A stretch of DNA of 64,000 bases from positions 2,016,001 through 2,080,000 of the forward strand of contig OZ245002.1 in NCBI GenBank assembly GCA_965223415.1, read 5' to 3'. Below the pieces are notes generated by a model, which was given only the letters and a program-made list of their open reading frames with translations, did not search any database and had not been told where the DNA came from. This DNA is from Myxococcota bacterium (GTDB taxonomy: Bacteria > Myxococcota_A > UBA9160 > UBA6930). The position numbers and the translations under genes were made by a program. Below are positions 39,625-50,092 of this stretch, piece after piece; positions within the stretch are counted from its first letter, which is position 1; each line of letters opens with the position of its first letter.

Positions 39625-39661
39625 GATAGGGGCCGGTTCCATTCGTTAAGTTGTTCGCCCT

Positions 39662-40264
39662 ATGGCGATCTATCTGATTCGCCACGGGGAGACGGCGCTC
39701 AACGCGAACCGGACGGTGCAGGTGCCGGAGACGCCGCTGTCCGAGCATGGGCTGGCGCAGGCGGCGCGGCTGGCGGCGCGCCTGGCAGGCGAGGAGATCG
39801 CCTGCGTGCTGGCGAGCGACTACGCGCGGGCGGCGATGACCGCGGAGGCGGTGCAGCGCGCCACCGGCGCGCCGCTCGAGTCCGAGCCCCTGCTGCGCGA
39901 GCGCAACCTCGGAGACCTGCGCGGCCGGCCCTACGCCGAGTTCGACTTCGATCCGTTCGCGCCGGACTACGCCCCGCCGAACGGCGAGAGCTGGGAGGCG
40001 TTCCACGAGCGCGTCGACCGGGCCTGGGAGCGGGTCGCCGAGACCCGGGCCCGGGTCGGGGGCAACCTGGCCGTCGTCACCCACGGGCTCGTCTGCATGT
40101 CCGTCGTTTCGCGGATCGTCGCTGAGGGAAGCTCCGCGAGCCAGCTCGGAGGCTGGATCAACACCTCGGTGACCATCCTGGAGAGCGAGCCGCCGTGGAC
40201 CGTGCGCCTGCTCAACTGCGCCCGCCACCTCGACGACGACGCCGAGGCCAAGGGCCCCGCGTAG
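39662..40264 (+). CDS. Histidine phosphatase (phosphoglycerate mutase family)
   Basis: LIRHGET, SDYARA, VVTHG. Confidence 0.9.
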   Translation: MAIYLIRHGETALNANRTVQVPETPLSEHGLAQAARLAARLAGEEIACVLASDYARAAMTAEAVQRATGAPLESEPLLRERNLGDLRGRPYAEFDFDPFAPDYAPPNGESWEAFHERVDRAWERVAETRARVGGNLAVVTHGLVCMSVVSRIVAEGSSASQLGGWINTSVTILESEPPWTVRLLNCARHLDDDAEAKGPA

Positions 40265-40294
40265 CGCAACAACTTAACGAATGGAACCGGCCCC

Positions 40295-41440
40295 TTACTT
40301 AACGGCGCCGGTGTCGCGGAGCTTCTGGACGTCTTCGGGGGTGAGGCCCCAGGCGGTGAGGCCTTCGGCGGTGTGCTGGCCCGGGTGGGGGGCAGGGCCG
40401 GAGATCTCGGGGGCGGTGCGGCTGAAGCGCGGGGCGGGCGCGGGCTGGGGGATGCCGGCGACCTCGGTGAAGGTGCCACGCAGCTTGTTGTGGGGGTGCT
40501 CGTAGGCCTCGCCGATGTTGAGCACCGGCGCGTAGCAGACGTCGGTCCCCTCCATGATCTCGTTCCACTCGTCGCGCGTCTTGGACTTGAAGATCGCGGT
40601 CAGGCGCTCCTTCATCGCGCCCCACTGGCCGCGGTCCATCTGGTGCGGGAGCTCCTCGCCCTCGAGGCCGGAGAGGCGGATCAGCTCGGCGTAGAACTGG
40701 GGCTCGATCGAGCCGATCGAGACGTACTCGCCGTCCTTCGTCTCGTAGGTGTCGTAGAAGTGGGCGCCGGTGTCGAGCAGGTTCGTGCCGCGCTCGTCGT
40801 TCCAGGCGCCGATCTGGCGGAAGCCGTGCATCATCGCCATCAGCACGGCGGAGCCATCGACCATGGCTGCGTCGACCACCTGGCCCCCGCCGGACGTCGC
40901 GCGCTCGACCAGCGCCGCCACGATGCCGAAGGCCAGGAACATGCCGCCGCCGCCGAAATCGCCAACCAGGTTGAGGGGTGCCAGCGGCTTCTCGCCCTTG
41001 CGGCCGATGTGCCCGAGCGTCCCCGAGAGGGCGATGTAGTTGATGTCGTGGCCCGCGGCCTGGGACATCGGCCCCTCCTGGCCGAAGCCGGTCATGCGGC
41101 CGTAGACGAGGCGCGGATTGCGCTCCAGGCAGACGTCCGGCCCGAGGCCCAGCCGCTCCATCACCCCCGGGCGAAATCCCTCCATCAGGACGTCCGCCTG
41201 GTCGACGAGACGGAGGATGGTGGCGACACCCTCGGGGTGCTTGAGATCCACGCCCACGCTGCGGCGGCCGCGGTTGAGCAGATCCGCCGAGGGTGTGTCC
41301 GGGATCTCGTCTCGGACCGAGCCGGCCCGATCGATACGGAGCACGTCGGCCCCCATGTCGGCGAGCATCATCGCGCAGAAGGGCCCGGGGCCGATTCCCG
41401 CGATCTCGATCACCTTGATTCCGCTGAGGGGGCCAGACAT
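40295..41440 (-). CDS. CaiB/BaiF CoA-transferase III (alpha-methylacyl-CoA racemase-like)
   Basis: GIGPGPF, EGFRPGVMERLGLG, AGHDINY, NLVGDFGGG. Confidence 0.92.
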   Translation of the reverse strand: MSGPLSGIKVIEIAGIGPGPFCAMMLADMGADVLRIDRAGSVRDEIPDTPSADLLNRGRRSVGVDLKHPEGVATILRLVDQADVLMEGFRPGVMERLGLGPDVCLERNPRLVYGRMTGFGQEGPMSQAAGHDINYIALSGTLGHIGRKGEKPLAPLNLVGDFGGGGMFLAFGIVAALVERATSGGGQVVDAAMVDGSAVLMAMMHGFRQIGAWNDERGTNLLDTGAHFYDTYETKDGEYVSIGSIEPQFYAELIRLSGLEGEELPHQMDRGQWGAMKERLTAIFKSKTRDEWNEIMEGTDVCYAPVLNIGEAYEHPHNKLRGTFTEVAGIPQPAPAPRFSRTAPEISGPAPHPGQHTAEGLTAWGLTPEDVQKLRDTGAVK

Positions 41441-41475
41441 CACAGAACTCCTTGCGAGGGGCGGCGATGATACCG

Positions 41476-41787
41476 CTACTGAGGCAGCTCGAGCCTCGGC
41501 TCCAGGGGGTGGGGTCGGTAGAGGATCACCGTATGCCCCACCAATCCGCACAGCTCGGCCCCGGCGCGCTCCGCCAGGTCCCGGGCGGCCGCCTTCTTGT
41601 CTTCCGGCTGGGTGAGGCGGACCTTGATCAGCTCGTGGGCCAGGAGCGCCTGGTCGACGGCGCCAAGCACCGCCTGGCTGAGCCCCGCCTCGCCCACCTG
41701 GACCACCGGGCGCAGGGAGTGAGCGCGCGCACGAAGCCACTTGCGCTGGGCGCCGCCGAGGGAGGGATGGGGGTTTTCCTGGGCCAC
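41476..41787 (-). CDS. yhbY: YhbY CRM-domain RNA-binding protein
   Basis: LRARAHSLRPVVQVGEAG, HELIKV, VGHTVILYR. Confidence 0.92.
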   Translation of the reverse strand: MAQENPHPSLGGAQRKWLRARAHSLRPVVQVGEAGLSQAVLGAVDQALLAHELIKVRLTQPEDKKAAARDLAERAGAELCGLVGHTVILYRPHPLEPRLELPQ

Positions 41788-41820
41788 GGGGAGCGGGACA
41801 GGCTAGCATGCGCCCCCGTC

Positions 41821-42498
41821 GTGCCCCGGATCCTGCTCGCGCTTGTTCTGCTGCTCGCCGCCGCCTGCGCGAGCCCCCCGCCTCCGGCGGCACCGGCTGC
41901 GAACGGGGTGCCGCCCCCCGCGCCGGAATCCGCCGCCGCGCCTCCTGCCGCCATCCCCGAGGCCGAAGCGGTGCCCGAGCCCGCTCCGCCCGATCCGCTG
42001 CTGGCAAGCGTGGAGGCGGTTCTCGCCGAGCGCGCGCCCGCGCTCTCGCCGGCGGAGCGCGCTGCCGTCGCCGCCGAGATCGTCCGCGCCGAGCGCGATG
42101 ACGAGCTGCCGGCCCTTCTCGTGCTGGCGCTGATCGAGCAGGAGAGCCGCTTCGACCCGGGCGCCGTCGGCCCCCGGGGCTCCCTCGGCCTGATGCAGAT
42201 CCGGCCCTTCGTCGGTGCGGACGTGTCGCACCGTCATCGCCTGGGCTTCCACCGCACGCCCGACCTGCTCGAGCCGGCGCTCAACGTCGCCATCGGGACG
42301 CGCTTCCTCGCCGAGCTCCACGGCGAGTTCGACGACATCGAGCTCGCCCTCGCCGCCTACCATATCGGCCCCACGCGCGTCCGCGCCCGCGCCAAGCACG
42401 GCTGGCGCCCCCGCGGCCCCTACGTCCGCCGCGTGATGGGCCGCTACCAGGCCCTGCGCGTCCAGGCCGGCGAGCACGCCACCGCCTTCGGCGGCTGA
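41821..42498 (+). CDS. Lytic transglycosylase (SLT) lipoprotein
   Basis: Lipobox AAAC, QESRF, GLMQI, ALAAY. Confidence 0.85.
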   Translation: MPRILLALVLLLAAACASPPPPAAPAANGVPPPAPESAAAPPAAIPEAEAVPEPAPPDPLLASVEAVLAERAPALSPAERAAVAAEIVRAERDDELPALLVLALIEQESRFDPGAVGPRGSLGLMQIRPFVGADVSHRHRLGFHRTPDLLEPALNVAIGTRFLAELHGEFDDIELALAAYHIGPTRVRARAKHGWRPRGPYVRRVMGRYQALRVQAGEHATAFGG

Positions 42499-42509
42499 CC
42501 CGAGGGGAG

Positions 42510-42588
42510 ACTGCAAGAGGGGGGACGTTCCTTGCATCTTGCGTTCTGTAAGAACGCAAGATGCAAGGAACGTCCCCCCTCTTGCAGT
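42510..42588. repeat. Perfect palindrome, 38-bp arms, 3-nt loop
   Basis: ACTGCAAGAGGGGGGACGTTCCTTGCATCTTGCGTTCT-GTA-exact reverse complement. Confidence 0.95.
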
Positions 42589-42599
42589 ACGTTCTTGGC

Positions 42600-43955
42600 A
42601 TGGAGCGGGACTTCGATCTCTTCGTGCTCGGCGCTGGCTCGGGCGGGGTGCGGGCGAGTCGGGTGAGCGCGGGCTACGGCGCGCGCGTGGCGGTGGCGGA
42701 GGACGACCGGCTCGGCGGCACCTGCGTCAACGTGGGGTGCATCCCGAAGAAGCTCTTCGTACTGGCGTCGCACTTCTCCGAGGAGTTCGAGGATGCGGCG
42801 GCCTACGGCTGGGCCGTCGGGCCGCGGAGCTTCGACTGGCCGACCCTGATCCAGAACAAGGACACGGAGATCACGCGGCTGAACGGCGTCTACGGGCGCC
42901 TGCTCGAGCAGGCCGGCGTCACCCGCATCGACGGCCGCGCGACGATCGTCGACGCCCATACCGTCGAGGTCGGCGGCGCGCGCTACACCGCGGAGCACAT
43001 CCTCGTCGCCACCGGCTCCTGGCCGCACCTGCCCGAGATCGCCGGCATCGAGCACGCCATCTCGTCGAACGAGGCCTTCTCCCTGGAGGAGCTTCCGCGG
43101 CGCGCCGCGATCGTCGGCGGCGGCTACATCGGCGTCGAGTTCGCGGGCATCTTCCACGGGCTCGGTGTCGAGACCACTCAGATCTACCGCGGCCCGCTCT
43201 TCCTGCGCGGCTTCGACGACGACCTGCGCGCGACCCTCGCCGACGAGATGCGCAAGAAGGGCACCGACCTGCGCTTCGAGACCGACGTCCGCGAGATCTG
43301 CCGCGAAGACGACGGCCTGCACCTCCAGCTGACGACCGGCGACAGCCTCGTCGTCGACCAGGTGCTCTACGCCACCGGCCGCCTGCCGAAGACGAAGGAC
43401 CTGGGCCTCGAGAAGGCCGGCGTGGAGCTCGGGAAGAAGGGTGAGATCCTGGTGGACGCGTACTCGCGCAGCAGCGTCTCGAGCATCTGGGCCCTCGGCG
43501 ACGTGACCGACCGCCTCAACCTGACCCCGATGGCCATCGCCGAGGGCATCGCCTTCGCGCGCACCGTCTTCGGCGGCGAGCCGACGAAGCCCGACCACGC
43601 CGACGTTCCCACCGCCGTCTTCAGCCAGCCGCCGATCGGCACCACCGGCCTCACCGAAGCCGAGGCCCGCGAGCGCCTCGGCGACGTCGACGTCTACCGC
43701 ACCACCTTCCGCGCGCTGAAGCACACCCTGACCGGCCGGGACGAGAAGATCCTGATGAAGCTCCTCGTCGATCCCACCACGGACCGCGTCGTCGGCGCCC
43801 ACATGATCGGCGCCGACGCGCCGGAGATCCTGCAGGGCGTGGGCATCGCCGTGAAGCTCGGCGCCACGAAGGCGCAGTTCGACGCCACCATTCCGATCCA
43901 TCCGACGTCGGCCGAGGAGTTCGTGACCTTGCGGGAGAAGGTGCAGGACGGGTGA
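42600..43955 (+). CDS. gor: Glutathione-disulfide reductase
   Basis: [35 protein letters not shown]. Confidence 0.95.
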   Translation: MERDFDLFVLGAGSGGVRASRVSAGYGARVAVAEDDRLGGTCVNVGCIPKKLFVLASHFSEEFEDAAAYGWAVGPRSFDWPTLIQNKDTEITRLNGVYGRLLEQAGVTRIDGRATIVDAHTVEVGGARYTAEHILVATGSWPHLPEIAGIEHAISSNEAFSLEELPRRAAIVGGGYIGVEFAGIFHGLGVETTQIYRGPLFLRGFDDDLRATLADEMRKKGTDLRFETDVREICREDDGLHLQLTTGDSLVVDQVLYATGRLPKTKDLGLEKAGVELGKKGEILVDAYSRSSVSSIWALGDVTDRLNLTPMAIAEGIAFARTVFGGEPTKPDHADVPTAVFSQPPIGTTGLTEAEARERLGDVDVYRTTFRALKHTLTGRDEKILMKLLVDPTTDRVVGAHMIGADAPEILQGVGIAVKLGATKAQFDATIPIHPTSAEEFVTLREKVQDG

Positions 43956-44602
43956 GGCGCGCCGAGAAGGCCGAGCGCATCCACAAGATCCTGGACCGGC
44001 TCTATCCCCAGCCGCCGGTTCCGCTCGACCACGTCGACCCGTTCTCGCTGCTCGTGGCCGTGCTGCTCTCCGCCCAGTGCACCGACGAGCGGGTGAACCG
44101 GGTGACGCCGGGCCTGTTCGCGATCGGGCCCGATGCCGTGGCCATGGCTCGCCTTCCCGTCGCGCGAATCCAGGCGAAGATCCGCTCCTGCGGCCTGGCG
44201 CCGCAGAAAGCGCGGAACCTCAAGGCCCTCTCCCGGCAGCTCCTCGCCGAGCACGGGGGCCAGGTGCCCGCGAGCTTCGAGGCCCTGGAGGCGCTGCCCG
44301 GCGTCGGCCACAAGACCGCCAGCGTGGTGATGGCCCAGGCCTTCGGCGTGCCCGCCTTCCCGGTGGATACGCACATCCACCGGCTGGCGGCGCGCTGGGG
44401 CCTCTCGAGCGGCCGCAACGTCGAGCAGACCGAGCGCGACCTGAAACGCGTCTTCCCCCGCGAGGCGTGGAACCGTCTGCACCTGCAGATCATCTTCTTC
44501 GGCCGTGAGCACTGCCCCGCCCGCGGCCACGACCTGGCGACCTGCGCCATCTGCGGCTGGGCCGCCAGCAAGCGGCGCATCGCCGAAGAGGCGCGACGTT
44601 AG
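43952..44602 (+). CDS. nth: Endonuclease III
   Basis: [17 protein letters not shown] HhH, VDTH, C-terminal Cys cluster. Confidence 0.95.
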   Translation: MRRAEKAERIHKILDRLYPQPPVPLDHVDPFSLLVAVLLSAQCTDERVNRVTPGLFAIGPDAVAMARLPVARIQAKIRSCGLAPQKARNLKALSRQLLAEHGGQVPASFEALEALPGVGHKTASVVMAQAFGVPAFPVDTHIHRLAARWGLSSGRNVEQTERDLKRVFPREAWNRLHLQIIFFGREHCPARGHDLATCAICGWAASKRRIAEEARR

Positions 44603-44622
44603 GCGCCAGGCGACGCCCTGGA

Positions 44623-45597
44623 TCACGGCTCCAGGATCACCCGCTGGGTCATGTAGGCGACGTAGCAGAGCCCGAGCAGCACGGCCTCGGCGCGAATGAT
44701 GCGCTGGCCGCGCGTGTAGGACGTGACCAGCAGCATGAGGGAGAGGAACCCGACCACCGCGAGATCCATCCCTCCGCCCGCCGGCACCGGAACGGCGCGC
44801 ACGCTGGCGCTGGCGCCCAGCACGAGCAGGAGGTTGAAGATGTTCGATCCCACCACGTTGCCGATCGCCAGGTCCGGGAAGCCCTTCGCCGTGGCGATGA
44901 GCGAGGCCGTGAGCTCCGGCAGGCTCGTGCCCACCGCGATGAGCGTCAGGCCGATGATCGCCTCCGACACGCCGATGGCTCGGGCCAGGCCGACGCCCCC
45001 GTCGACCGTGAGCTGCGCGCCGTAGATCAGGCCTGCGAGCCCGGCGGCGGTGAGCGCCAGGGCCAGGCCGACGCCGAACGTGGGCGTGAGCTCCGGCTCC
45101 AGGGCGTCGGGATCGTTGCGCCGGCGCTGCTCGATCACGTCGTTCACCGTGTAGTAGACGAAGACCGAGAAGAGCAGCAGCAGTACGAGACCGTCGGTGC
45201 GGTCGTAGAAGTTGTCGCCGCCGCGCAGCCAGGCGTCCATGCCCAGCACAGCGGCCACCGCGGTGGCGAGCAGCATCATGGGCAGCTCGCGGACGATCAC
45301 CGGCGACTGGACCTGCAGGGGCTTGAAGAGCGCCGTAGCCGCCACGATGAGCCCGATGTTGGCCATGTTCGAGCCCATGATGTTCCCGAACGACATGGCG
45401 CCGTTGCCCCGCACCGCTGCTGTGATGTTCACCGCCAGCTCCGGCGCACTGGTGCCGAAGGCCACCACGGTGAGGCCGATCGCCAGGGGCGAGACGCCGA
45501 GCCGCCGCGCCAGCGCCGAGGCGCCACGGATCATCACGTCACCGCCGCCCAGGAGGAGGGCCAGGCCGAGGAGGGTGGTGAGGAGATCCTGGATCAA
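44623..45597 (-). CDS. Ca2+/Na+ antiporter (YrbG-like)
   Basis: GTSAPE and GTSLPE alpha repeats, GNVVGSN; TTG start inferred. Confidence 0.9.
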   Translation of the reverse strand: MIQDLLTTLLGLALLLGGGDVMIRGASALARRLGVSPLAIGLTVVAFGTSAPELAVNITAAVRGNGAMSFGNIMGSNMANIGLIVAATALFKPLQVQSPVIVRELPMMLLATAVAAVLGMDAWLRGGDNFYDRTDGLVLLLLFSVFVYYTVNDVIEQRRRNDPDALEPELTPTFGVGLALALTAAGLAGLIYGAQLTVDGGVGLARAIGVSEAIIGLTLIAVGTSLPELTASLIATAKGFPDLAIGNVVGSNIFNLLLVLGASASVRAVPVPAGGGMDLAVVGFLSLMLLVTSYTRGQRIIRAEAVLLGLCYVAYMTQRVILEP

Positions 45598-45670
45598 GGC
45601 TCGTAGCGGGTGGGCCCGTTCCTGGCGCGCGAGGGAGGAGCAAGGGGGCGCCCAGCATACGGCACGGTGT

Positions 45671-46324
45671 CTACCGGGTGAAGACCCCGCCGGAGGGCTC
45701 GTCGAGTCGCCGGGCGAGCACCAGCCAGAGTGGATCCGCCCCTGCCGGCGAGCGATCCATCCCCACGGCCGCGGCGAAGCCACCCGCACGCTCGAAGTAG
45801 GCCGCAACCGCCGCCATGCGCCCCGGCGGCGGCAGGACGTGGAACGCGCGGATCGCCTTGGTGGGGAAACAGCGGTGGGACATGGCCACCAGGGCAATGC
45901 CGCCGGGCCGCAGCACCCGCGCGAGCTCGCGGAACACCTCGACCGGCCGCGCGAGGTATTGGATCGAGACCGCGCAGAGTGCCGCATCGAAACGCGCATC
46001 CGGGTAGGGGAGAAGCGGGTTCACGTTCAGATCGTGAACGCGCCACGCGTCGAGCCGCGGGTTCGCGCGAAGCTCCTGCTCGTTCATGCCCAGCCCCTCG
46101 ACGCGACCGAGCGGCAGCCCCTCCGCCGGCGGCAGGTGGGAGACCCAGGATGACATGAGGTCGAGGACGTCGCTGCCCGGCGCCAGGTGCTCGCGGTAGG
46201 CGGCGGTGAGGGCGGCGATCGTCGCAGCGTCGATGTGGGTGACGAGGCGGGGCTGCGCGTAGAAGTGGGCGTCGGGGGATTCGTCCTGGCGGTCGAAGAA
46301 GCCCTCGGGGAAATCGGGGGGCAT
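45671..46324 (-). CDS. Class I SAM-dependent methyltransferase-like protein
   Basis: FYAQPRLVTHID, VLDLMSSWVSH, GLGMN, RVLRPGG. Confidence 0.85.
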   Translation of the reverse strand: MPPDFPEGFFDRQDESPDAHFYAQPRLVTHIDAATIAALTAAYREHLAPGSDVLDLMSSWVSHLPPAEGLPLGRVEGLGMNEQELRANPRLDAWRVHDLNVNPLLPYPDARFDAALCAVSIQYLARPVEVFRELARVLRPGGIALVAMSHRCFPTKAIRAFHVLPPPGRMAAVAAYFERAGGFAAAVGMDRSPAGADPLWLVLARRLDEPSGGVFTR

Positions 46325-46335
46325 CGCGTCCGAGA

Positions 46336-47373
46336 TTACCCGAGCGGCCCCTTCGACGGGCCGGTGCGCCGCTCCGCGGGCCATGGCTGCAGGTCCAGGG
46401 GGCTGCGCACTCCGAAGCCGCCGCGGTTCAGCACGTGGGTGTAGACCATCGTCGTGCTGACACTGCGGTGGCCCAGGAGCTCCTGGACCGTGCGGATATC
46501 GTGGCCGCTCTCGAGGAGGTGAGTCGCGAAGCTGTGGCGGAGGGTGTGGCAGCTGACACGCTTGGCGAGCCCCGCGCGCTGCGCCGCATTCTTCACGGCG
46601 CGCTGTACCGGCGCTTCGCTGAGATGGTGCCGTCGGTCGCCGCCGCCACGGGGATCTCGGGAGCGGCGAGCCGCAGGAAAGACCCAGAACCACGTCCAGC
46701 TCCGCGCGGCCTTCGGGAACTTTCGCGCCAATGCGTCGGGCAGGAACACGCCGGGGCGCCCGTCCGCGACGTCGCGTTCGCGGAGGACGCGCGCTGCTTC
46801 GAGCTGGGCACGCAACGGCTCCACCAGCGCATCGGGCAGCATCGTCCTGCGATCGCGGCGGCCCTTGCCGTCCCTCACCAGGACCTCGCGGCGAGCGAAG
46901 TCCAGATCCTTCACGCGGAGACGCAGTGCCTCGAGCAGCCTGAGGCCCGAGCCGTAGAGCAACCCAGCGACGAGGGAGGAAGTGCCCGTGAGCTCCGCCA
47001 GCAGCGCCTGCGTCTCGCTGACGCTGAGGACGACCGGGAGGCGGCGCGGCTTGCGGGCGCGAACCGGAGCGAGGCTGCCGAGATCACGCCCCAGGACCTC
47101 GCGGTAGAGGAACAGCAGGGCGCCAAGCGCCTGGTTCTGCGTGGACGGCGCCACGTCTTGCTCGACGGCGAGCCACGTGAGGAACGCCGACACCTCGGCG
47201 GCACCCATGTCCGCGGGGTGACGCGTCCCCTGATGGAGGATGAAGCGCCGGATCCACCCGACGTACGCCTCTTCCGTCCGGAGGCTGTAGCCGCGAACCC
47301 GGATCGCGTCCCGAACCTGATCGAGCAACCGCGGCGGCTGCCCTTCTCCCCGTTCCGGGGAGCGTTTCGGCAT
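46336..47373 (-). CDS. intI: Integron integrase (tyrosine recombinase)
   Basis: [21 protein letters not shown], IntI-specific insertion [32 protein letters not shown]; divergent cassette array. Confidence 0.97.
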   Translation of the reverse strand: MPKRSPERGEGQPPRLLDQVRDAIRVRGYSLRTEEAYVGWIRRFILHQGTRHPADMGAAEVSAFLTWLAVEQDVAPSTQNQALGALLFLYREVLGRDLGSLAPVRARKPRRLPVVLSVSETQALLAELTGTSSLVAGLLYGSGLRLLEALRLRVKDLDFARREVLVRDGKGRRDRRTMLPDALVEPLRAQLEAARVLRERDVADGRPGVFLPDALARKFPKAARSWTWFWVFPAARRSRDPRGGGDRRHHLSEAPVQRAVKNAAQRAGLAKRVSCHTLRHSFATHLLESGHDIRTVQELLGHRSVSTTMVYTHVLNRGGFGVRSPLDLQPWPAERRTGPSKGPLG

Positions 47374-47639
47374 GGTGTGGAACGACCCTGTCGCCCGGCC
47401 CGACGGGAGGGCCGCGGCGCGGGTGGGGTGGTCAATCGAGGCTACCAGCTTCGCGGGGCGGGGCCAGCGGGGGAGTCCCGAGAGCGGGCTCCGCCACGAG
47501 ACGCCGCCGCCTGTCGCACGAATTCGTTTCGAGAGACCCAGCTCGCCCGAATTGACTTCGAGCGCTCAGTATTCCCGAGGGGGCCGCAGCGAGACCCCGA
47601 GCGCGTCCAGTTCGGTGTAGACTCACTAGGGAGAATTGG

Positions 47640-47667
47640 TTCGGTGAGACCTACTATCTAGTTGGGC
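47640..47667 (+). other. attI site
   Basis: CCTACTATCTAG^TTGGGC; GTTGGGCGGCAGG is the reverse complement of CCTGCCGCCCAAC at the end of cassette 1. Confidence 0.8.
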
Positions 47668-47680
47668 GGCAGGGAGTTCG

Positions 47681-48406
47681 ATGAAGCGAGACTTCATCAT
47701 TTCCGAGATCAAGCGCACAGCCTCCGACAACGACGGGGTCCCTCTCGGCCAGCGCGCCTTCGCCACCACAACGGGGATCCGCAGGCACGACTGGTATGGG
47801 CGTTTCTGGCCGAACTGGAGCGCCGCGCTCTCAGACGCCGGTTTCGAGCCCAACGTCTGGCAGGACAAGATTCCCGAAGACCTCCTGCTCGAGAAACTCG
47901 TCGAACTCATCTCTGAACTCGACAAATTCCCCACCGACGCGGAGCTTCGGCAAAAACGACGCGAGAATCCGAGCTTTCCAAGCCACAGCACCATGCATCG
48001 GCTCGGTCCCAGAGCCGAAAGGGCTCGGCGAATCATCGACTACTGCTCGACCGACGAGGACCTCTCCACGGTTGTAGCTATCTGCACCTCCATCGCTGAG
48101 CAAGCAGTCCCGCCGGCCAATGTGCCCGCCGACCCCAGCGAAGCTGAAGAGTTCGGAACCGTCTACCTCATCAAATCCGGACGTCATTACAAAGTCGGAA
48201 GAACCAATGCATTTGGGCGTCGCGAGCGCGAAATCGAGCTCCAGCTTCCCGATAAGGCGCAGACGGTTCATACCATCACCACGGACGATCCTGTCGGAAT
48301 CGAAGCCTACTGGCACCGCCGATTCGCCGATCGTCGCAAGAACGGAGAGTGGTTCGAGCTGTCGCCCGAAGACATTCGAGCCTTCAAGAGGCGAACCTTC
48401 ATGTAG
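47681..48406 (+). CDS. Cassette 1: GIY-YIG-like (T5orf172/MUG113-type) nuclease with N-terminal helical repeats
   Basis: GTVYLIKSGRHYKVGRT, IEAYWHRRF..RKNGEWFEL; WPNWSAALSDAG repeat; more AT-rich codons than the core genes. Confidence 0.8.
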   Translation: MKRDFIISEIKRTASDNDGVPLGQRAFATTTGIRRHDWYGRFWPNWSAALSDAGFEPNVWQDKIPEDLLLEKLVELISELDKFPTDAELRQKRRENPSFPSHSTMHRLGPRAERARRIIDYCSTDEDLSTVVAICTSIAEQAVPPANVPADPSEAEEFGTVYLIKSGRHYKVGRTNAFGRREREIELQLPDKAQTVHTITTDDPVGIEAYWHRRFADRRKNGEWFELSPEDIRAFKRRTFM

Positions 48407-48414
48407 CGCCTGCC

Positions 48415-48550
48415 GCCCAACAAGGCGCTGCAGCTGACGAGCCACAGCTCGTTCCAATCGACCCGTGGTAGTGTTTGGCATCGAATTTGGAAGCTTCGAG
48501 CGGGCTGCAGAGGCGCTGTGGCTCGCAGCTGAGCGCCAGGTCCGTTAGCC
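48415..48550 (+). other. attC site 1 (R' end interrupted by IS1380 and IS110)
   Basis: R'' GCCCAAC; arms GCGCT(G)CAGCTG(A)CGAGCCACAGC / GCTGTGGCTCGCAGCTGAGCGC with extrahelical bases; R' GTTAG at 48544. Confidence 0.92.
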
Positions 48551-50073
48551 CTGATCCGGCATTGCGAGGTGTAGGGAAAGCCCGGAATTGAAAGTGGCTC
48601 CGTCGGTGTGCTTGATGGAAGTGCCAACCACCATCATGCCTCCGAGGAGCCACATTCGTGAAGCTAAGCAGACACCGGATTCGAGCCCGCGTCAAGGGCG
48701 AATTGTCGATCGCCTTCACGGATGAGGCGCTGACGAGCTACGGCGGGCTGGAGCTGTTCCGGCGCTTCTTCGACCGCTTTTGGGCAGAGCGCCTGAAAGC
48801 GGCCTTTGCGGATCGGGCGTTCGACTCGGACTACGGATCCTTCCGCTGCATGCTGGTGGTGGTGGGGATGCTGCTGCTGGGAGGGAGCCGTCTCTCGCAT
48901 GTCCGGGTGCTCGATCGGGATCCGTTGTTTCGGCGGTTCGTCCGATTGCAGCGGCTTCCGGACGAGCGGACCCTGGCGAGGAACCTGAAGGAGCTGACGT
49001 CGGGCTACCGCGATCGTCTGAACGAACTGCTGCGGGACATGGCCTATGGAACCCACACAGGGCTCGGCTTGGAGCGGGCCACGATCGAGCTGGACGGCAC
49101 CGTGCTTCGGACGGGCGAGTACGTGGACGGCGCCGAGCGCGGCTTCAACCCACATCACCCGAAGGACCCGTCCTACTACCCGCTGACGGCGCACCTGGCG
49201 CAGACGAGCCAGCTGCTCGGCGTATGGAACCGGCCGGGCAATGTGAACGATGCGGTGGGCGCTGCGGAGAAGCTGGCCTTTCTCCTGGGCGACGCGAAGC
49301 GGCGCCTCGATCGGGTCCCGATCGAGGTGCGGCTCGATGGCGCCTTCTTCCAGAAGGCCGTTCTCGAGGTTCTCACGGCCTCTCGCGTGGAGTACGCCCT
49401 CAAGGTCCCCATGTGGCGCTGGCTCGGCGTGCGTGAGAAGATCGCCGCCCGGAAGCGTTGGCACCGCGTCAACGCGAGCGTCGACGCCTTCTCCGTCGTC
49501 CACCGGATCCCACAGTGGAAGCGCTGCGAGCGGATCGTGGTGTTCCGCAAGAAGGTCTCCGGGCGAAGCGCGAAGAACTTCCAGCTCGACCTCTTCACCC
49601 CGGACGATGGCCACTACGAGTACTCGATGGTCGCGACGAACAAGCGGACCAGCGAGGCCGCCGTCTGGGCCTTCATGGCCGGACGCGGCGGCCACGAGAA
49701 GACGCTGGCCGAGCTCAAACAGCACCTGGCGTTCGCCACCATCCCGACCCAGGACTGGGACGCCAACAGCAACTGGCAGCTGCTCAGTGCCCTGACCCAC
49801 AACCTGGTGCGGGACTTCCAAGCCACGCTTGGCCTGCCAGAGCGACCCAACGGCCGAAAGCGGACCGCCCGGCTCCGCTTCCCCTCGCTCCGCACGCTCC
49901 GCTTCGAGCTGATCCAGCTCCCTGGCCGCATCGCTCGGCCTGCCGGACGCGCTTCGCTCCGAATCGCCGCGTCCTCGCGCAGCCGCTCCACCATCCGGGC
50001 CGCCGAGACCGCGCTCGCCGCGTGAGCCCGCCAGACCTACGCTCGGATCCGTGATCTCAATGCCGGATCAGGG
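48549..50073 (+). mobile_element. IS1380-family insertion sequence
   Basis: 16-bp TIR CCCTGATCCGGCATTG / CAATGCCGGATCAGGG; 4-bp TSD TTAG. Confidence 0.92.
48658..50025 (+). CDS. IS1380-family DDE transposase
   Basis: LTSYGGL, ELDGT, NRPGN, VRLDGAF, GRGGHEKTLAELK. Confidence 0.9.
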   Translation: MKLSRHRIRARVKGELSIAFTDEALTSYGGLELFRRFFDRFWAERLKAAFADRAFDSDYGSFRCMLVVVGMLLLGGSRLSHVRVLDRDPLFRRFVRLQRLPDERTLARNLKELTSGYRDRLNELLRDMAYGTHTGLGLERATIELDGTVLRTGEYVDGAERGFNPHHPKDPSYYPLTAHLAQTSQLLGVWNRPGNVNDAVGAAEKLAFLLGDAKRRLDRVPIEVRLDGAFFQKAVLEVLTASRVEYALKVPMWRWLGVREKIAARKRWHRVNASVDAFSVVHRIPQWKRCERIVVFRKKVSGRSAKNFQLDLFTPDDGHYEYSMVATNKRTSEAAVWAFMAGRGGHEKTLAELKQHLAFATIPTQDWDANSNWQLLSALTHNLVRDFQATLGLPERPNGRKRTARLRFPSLRTLRFELIQLPGRIARPAGRASLRIAASSRSRSTIRAAETALAA

Positions 50074-50092
50074 TTAGATACTCCCTTCGTCG

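Noticed and set aside
47374..47640. Pc / PintI promoters and LexA box
   Set aside because: No convincing -35/-10 pair or SOS box could be identified
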